Assembly: GCA_050309605.1 (NCBI GenBank)
Contig: JBNRMN010000092.1
Span: 17,928-81,927, forward strand
Length of the DNA: 64,000 bases
From: Anaerohalosphaeraceae bacterium
Lineage (GTDB): Bacteria > Planctomycetota > Phycisphaerae > Sedimentisphaerales > Anaerohalosphaeraceae
Direction of reading: 5' to 3'
Shown here: positions 61,201 to 64,000 of the stretch, piece by piece
How the letters are laid out: the number at the start of each line of letters is the position of its first letter
Position numbering within the stretch: the first letter of the stretch is position 1
Position numbers and translations under genes: made by a program
The notes under the pieces: model-generated
What the model saw: the letters and a program-made list of their open reading frames with translations, nothing else
Told to the model about the DNA's origin: nothing
Database searches by the model: none

Positions 61201-64000
61201 GGTATTTCCATCTTCATTGAAGAGCCGGAAGAAGAAATGCTCCAGCGCCACGGACTGGACCCGGACGGGGCGCTTTATAAGGTCTATAACACCTTTGTTC
61301 CGGGTGGTTCACTGCGAAAGAAGACCCGAACCTGGGAAGGTCGTCAGGATTTTGACACCTTTGCCTCGCAGATCCATTCCCTGAGCGGCTCGGCACGGCA
61401 CAATTATATCTTTGACGCGGTGGATGTGCCCCGCACCATCAACTATTTAGTGGCGACGGTGCTGGTACATCAAAACGACCATCCCCACAAAAACCATTAC
61501 CTCTATCGCGATTCGGACGGCAGCGGCGAGTGGTTTTTTATGCCGTGGGATCATGATTTGACCTGGGGGTCAAACTGGATCGGCGATTCAGGCGGGTCCT
61601 TCAGCGACGTGATTTACGCCGCCAACGATCAGATTCCCTTCAGAGATGTTTCCGTCAAGCCCTCGCATCCGTTTATCGGCAAAGCAGACGCCAAGGAATG
61701 GAACAATCACTGGAACCATTTGATTGATGCACTGCTCAATAATGAGACGTTTCGGGAAATGTATTTACGTCGTCTGCGAACCATGATGGACAGCCTCCTT
61801 CAGCCGTCCGACACGCCGTACGCCCAGCGCAAACTGGAGCAGCGAATCGATGAGATGGTCGCGGCGATGGAGCCGGAGCTGGCGATGGATTACGCCAAAT
61901 GGGCCAACCCGTGGACGTGGGGCGGTCAGGGTGGTTACCAACGAGACCAGACGCCTGCTATGGCGATTGACATTTTGAAAACCGATTATCTGAATGTTCG
62001 GCGAGACCACCTGTTCATTACACATCATGTGGACAACGCCGATTTTTATCCCATTGCCGGATCGTATTCAGCCCGTATTCCGAATGCCCAACCGGCCGAG
62101 CCGACAGTAATCTTCGGTCAAATCGAATATAACCCCGCTTCGTTTAATCAGGACGAAGAATTTATCCAACTGATCAACCCCGCTCCTTATGCGGTGGACA
62201 TCAGCGGCTGGCACATTCGCGGCGCCGTGGAGCACACCTTCCGGCCGGGGACGGTCATTGCCTCAGAGAATGTGATGTATGTCTCGCCCGACGTCGCGGC
62301 GTTTCGCAGCCGCAACAGCAGTCCGACCGGCGGTCAGGGGCTGTTTGTTCAAGGCAACTACAAAGGGCGCTTGTCCAATCGGGGCGATACCGTCGAACTG
62401 GTTGATGCTGCCGGTCGTGTAGTAAACAGCAAAACTTATGAAGGCAACCCCAGCGATGCCCAGCGGGTTTTGCGCATCACGGAATTGATGTACAATCCAG
62501 CGCCATTGGACGTCTCCACGTGGCCGACACAGGACTATGAATACGTCGAATTGACCAACATCGGCGAGGAAATGCTGCCGCTGGCCGGCGTTCGGTTCAG
62601 CGACGGGATTTATTTCACCTTCCCCGCCGATGCGCAGATCGCGTCCGGCGAATCTATTGTGCTCGCCAAGAATCCGGACGCCTTTTGCGCCCGATACGCG
62701 GTTGCACCGGATACGCAGGTTTTCGGCGGCTATGACGGCCAACTGTCCAACAGCGGCGAACGACTTACCCTGGCCGACCATACCGGCGACGCAATTCTGG
62801 ACTTTGTCTATAGCGACCAGTGGTATCCCGCTACCGACGGGCTTGGTTATGCACTGGTGTTCTGGGCCGATTTACACAGCCATTACACGCTGTGGAATGA
62901 GATGACGTACTGGAAGGCCGGGGTGTTGCGCGACGGCACGCCCGGCCGAGCCGAACCGAATCTGCGTTTGATGCACTATTGGAGTTTTAATGACACCCTG
63001 CTGCCAACCTACAGCCTCGACCAGGCCGAGATGATTATCGCACCCGGCCCGACAACGGAAATCACCACCGGAACCGGTCAGGACTTTGAAGGGCTGAACA
63101 ATCGACTGGATGAGCCGATCGGCGCTCATCTGCGTATCAACAATCCGCTGGGCGCAGCGGTGACGCTGCGGCTTGGCACAACCGGTTATAAAGATATTGT
63201 GCTGAGTTATGAAACCCGGCGTTCCGGACAAGGCGCCGGCATTCAGACAATTTCATACAGCATCGACGGCGACAACTTTGAGCCGTTCAGAACGATTGCC
63301 GTCTTTGACGCCGCGCCCGAGCTGCATCAGTTTGATTTTGCACACATCGCCGGTGTGGCGGACAACCCCTACTTTGCCGTGCAAATTGAATTTGAGCAGG
63401 GCGACGGCGGCACATCCGGCAACAACCGCTTTGACAATATCGTCCTGGACGGCGTGCCGCTGGCGGGTACGAATCAGCCGCCGCAGTTGACCGCGCCGCT
63501 GCCGTTTACCGAGGCGATTGAGGACGCGCCCGTTCAGATCGACTTGTCGGCTTATTTTACTGATCCGGACGGCGACGAACTGACCTTTGCCGCCCAGGCG
63601 GACAAACCCTTTGTGGCCGAGACGTCGGTTGTCGGCCAATGGCTCACGCTTGCGCCGCTGTATCGCGGCGATGCAGTGATTACGGTTACCGCCGAAGACG
63701 GCCACAATCCGCCGCTGGAAACACGGTTTCGGCTGTTGGTGTATCCGGCGGCGCAAACGCTGCGTCTGGGAGCATATCGCTTTGACCACTGGTCGCCCGA
63801 CTCGCCGGAGCACACGTTCCCCGACGGGACGCTGTTTATGCAGAGCGACACCTCCGACCCGGGGCTGGATACGCCGCTCGAATACGCCTATTTCATCCCG
63901 CACGACGGCGATGACGGCTACCACGACGACGACATCCCGGACCACGTCGGCTATCCCTATCGAACGACGAAGCGGTCGCGGATCAACGGGTTAAACGAGG
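58264..64000 (+). CDS. Giant secreted multidomain protein (LamG-like, FN3-like, dockerin-like, lamin-tail domains, CotH kinase); runs off window end
   Basis: Open frame from ATG 58264 (GAGGA RBS) to the window end, more than 1900 codons. Signal peptide; WPDLSGNDNHA..RFDG..GDIAEILLYNRAL; DLTGDCAVGLDDL; IISEFMA..DWIELHN; RIRGGS..KKHFK..KNHYLY..PWDHDLTWG; ITELMYNP..EYVELTN. Confidence 0.9.
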   Translation, partial: MVGTGFWRCNLFFLVLCGVSLSAAVPVADGLLFHAAADGLSGYDQADPVSMWPDLSGNDNHAFQTDSGHRPVYISNVLNGKPVLRFDGINDYFSLPELPEVGTVFFVLCEDPNATPNWRPFISHALPGNEPANWHRGENRTFWSQQWGQPVVYAGQTKVNGVIVDGLTTPIPTSHALVSQINLAPVPANLIGRDRSFSDRVWHGDIAEILLYNRALNEQEENAVGWYLAQKYNLASAYAYPGLRPVYPPLQALGVPRTDVQLSWWTVPQADSYRLYFGRSLPLPVAAVVSEPVMAWATALEPQTTYFWQVEALRDGDVVETGDIWSFRTAGPWQDCPPADLTGDCAVGLDDLLVLASEWLEPEPTPAVNLDGRDGVDMRDFAIMADYWGQRIDGAIISEFMARNRAVVPLRPQDVLDEDGDASDWIELHNTTNRPMSLKNWYLTDDQDDLTQWQFPDVTLPAGGYLVVFASGKDRTDLDAPLHTNFSLAAAGEYLALVYPDGQTIAHTYGVYPVQFANISYGISEAGTAAIQTTTLLAEGAPAKAFIPSDSALGDSWRYYDYDDQNWLTGSVGVGYEANPNDPIHYADLIGLDVSAMRGANTTVYIRIPFEVDEPQKVSQLHLLMRYDDGFIAWLNGVEIARANAPETPAWNSRATRQHLDEDAVIPEVFDCTLAIEHLRRGTNLLAIQGLNSSLNSSDLLILPEMESFVMIPPPEERLEGYFSVPTPGRPNYAADLAIGPAITPLEENPPRPEPGEHLILTAEIAQHIDPVADVTLHGRRMFHPEVQFPMRDDGVWPDETAGDGIYTVQIPTDTVNPGEMVRWYFTAEDTAGRLTRDPLFPHPTDSPQYYGTVIRDPEVDSQMPVFEWFVENVGASETRGGTRASVYYNGRFYDNVFIRIRGGSTAGMPKKHFKFDFNRGFNFIYDDNNPAVREININSTYSDKAYIRQPLAFEVYNLCGNPASMSFPVHSRRNGAFFGISIFIEEPEEEMLQRHGLDPDGALYKVYNTFVPGGSLRKKTRTWEGRQDFDTFASQIHSLSGSARHNYIFDAVDVPRTINYLVATVLVHQNDHPHKNHYLYRDSDGSGEWFFMPWDHDLTWGSNWIGDSGGSFSDVIYAANDQIPFRDVSVKPSHPFIGKADAKEWNNHWNHLIDALLNNETFREMYLRRLRTMMDSLLQPSDTPYAQRKLEQRIDEMVAAMEPELAMDYAKWANPWTWGGQGGYQRDQTPAMAIDILKTDYLNVRRDHLFITHHVDNADFYPIAGSYSARIPNAQPAEPTVIFGQIEYNPASFNQDEEFIQLINPAPYAVDISGWHIRGAVEHTFRPGTVIASENVMYVSPDVAAFRSRNSSPTGGQGLFVQGNYKGRLSNRGDTVELVDAAGRVVNSKTYEGNPSDAQRVLRITELMYNPAPLDVSTWPTQDYEYVELTNIGEEMLPLAGVRFSDGIYFTFPADAQIASGESIVLAKNPDAFCARYAVAPDTQVFGGYDGQLSNSGERLTLADHTGDAILDFVYSDQWYPATDGLGYALVFWADLHSHYTLWNEMTYWKAGVLRDGTPGRAEPNLRLMHYWSFNDTLLPTYSLDQAEMIIAPGPTTEITTGTGQDFEGLNNRLDEPIGAHLRINNPLGAAVTLRLGTTGYKDIVLSYETRRSGQGAGIQTISYSIDGDNFEPFRTIAVFDAAPELHQFDFAHIAGVADNPYFAVQIEFEQGDGGTSGNNRFDNIVLDGVPLAGTNQPPQLTAPLPFTEAIEDAPVQIDLSAYFTDPDGDELTFAAQADKPFVAETSVVGQWLTLAPLYRGDAVITVTAEDGHNPPLETRFRLLVYPAAQTLRLGAYRFDHWSPDSPEHTFPDGTLFMQSDTSDPGLDTPLEYAYFIPHDGDDGYHDDDIPDHVGYPYRTTKRSRINGLNE

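Noticed and set aside
58268..63994. Many short ORFs listed in the track
   Set aside because: All overlap a single long frame-1 ORF that has no stop in the window.

Overview
GC-rich bacterial chromosomal window. It is probably Planctomycetota (Phycisphaerae/Sedimentisphaerales-like), inferred from prepilin/H-X9-DG proteins, Tat-exported Gfo/Idh/MocA and DUF1080 genes, and a giant LamG-dockerin-LTD-CotH protein. About 50 CDS are present, mostly housekeeping (dxr, rseP, cimA, pdxB, folP, trmB, rsmG, rimO, pgsA, folC, tkt, pfkA, cysK, mnmA, iscS, nrdR, accBC). I saw no rRNA, tRNA, CRISPR, transposase or prophage. The most unusual items are: (1) two tandem, stand-alone lipoprotein secretins, each with a minimal N3+secretin core and a long C-terminal coiled coil, one carrying an AT-rich inserted loop; sigma28-like promoters precede this pair and the adjacent TonB-dependent receptor; (2) an ECF sigma factor coupled to a putative anti-sigma factor whose extracytoplasmic part is a pseudopilin-like/H-X9-DG domain; (3) a 91-aa secreted Gly/Cys repeat peptide with an ECF-type promoter; (4) a REP/REPIN-like family, including a 5x123-bp array and compensatory stem changes; (5) nrdR plus a stand-alone tandem ATP-cone protein behind NrdR boxes; (6) an all-exported oxidoreductase/isomerase/DUF1080 glycoside-degradation cluster. 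All calls come from motif recognition by eye; no searches were run.
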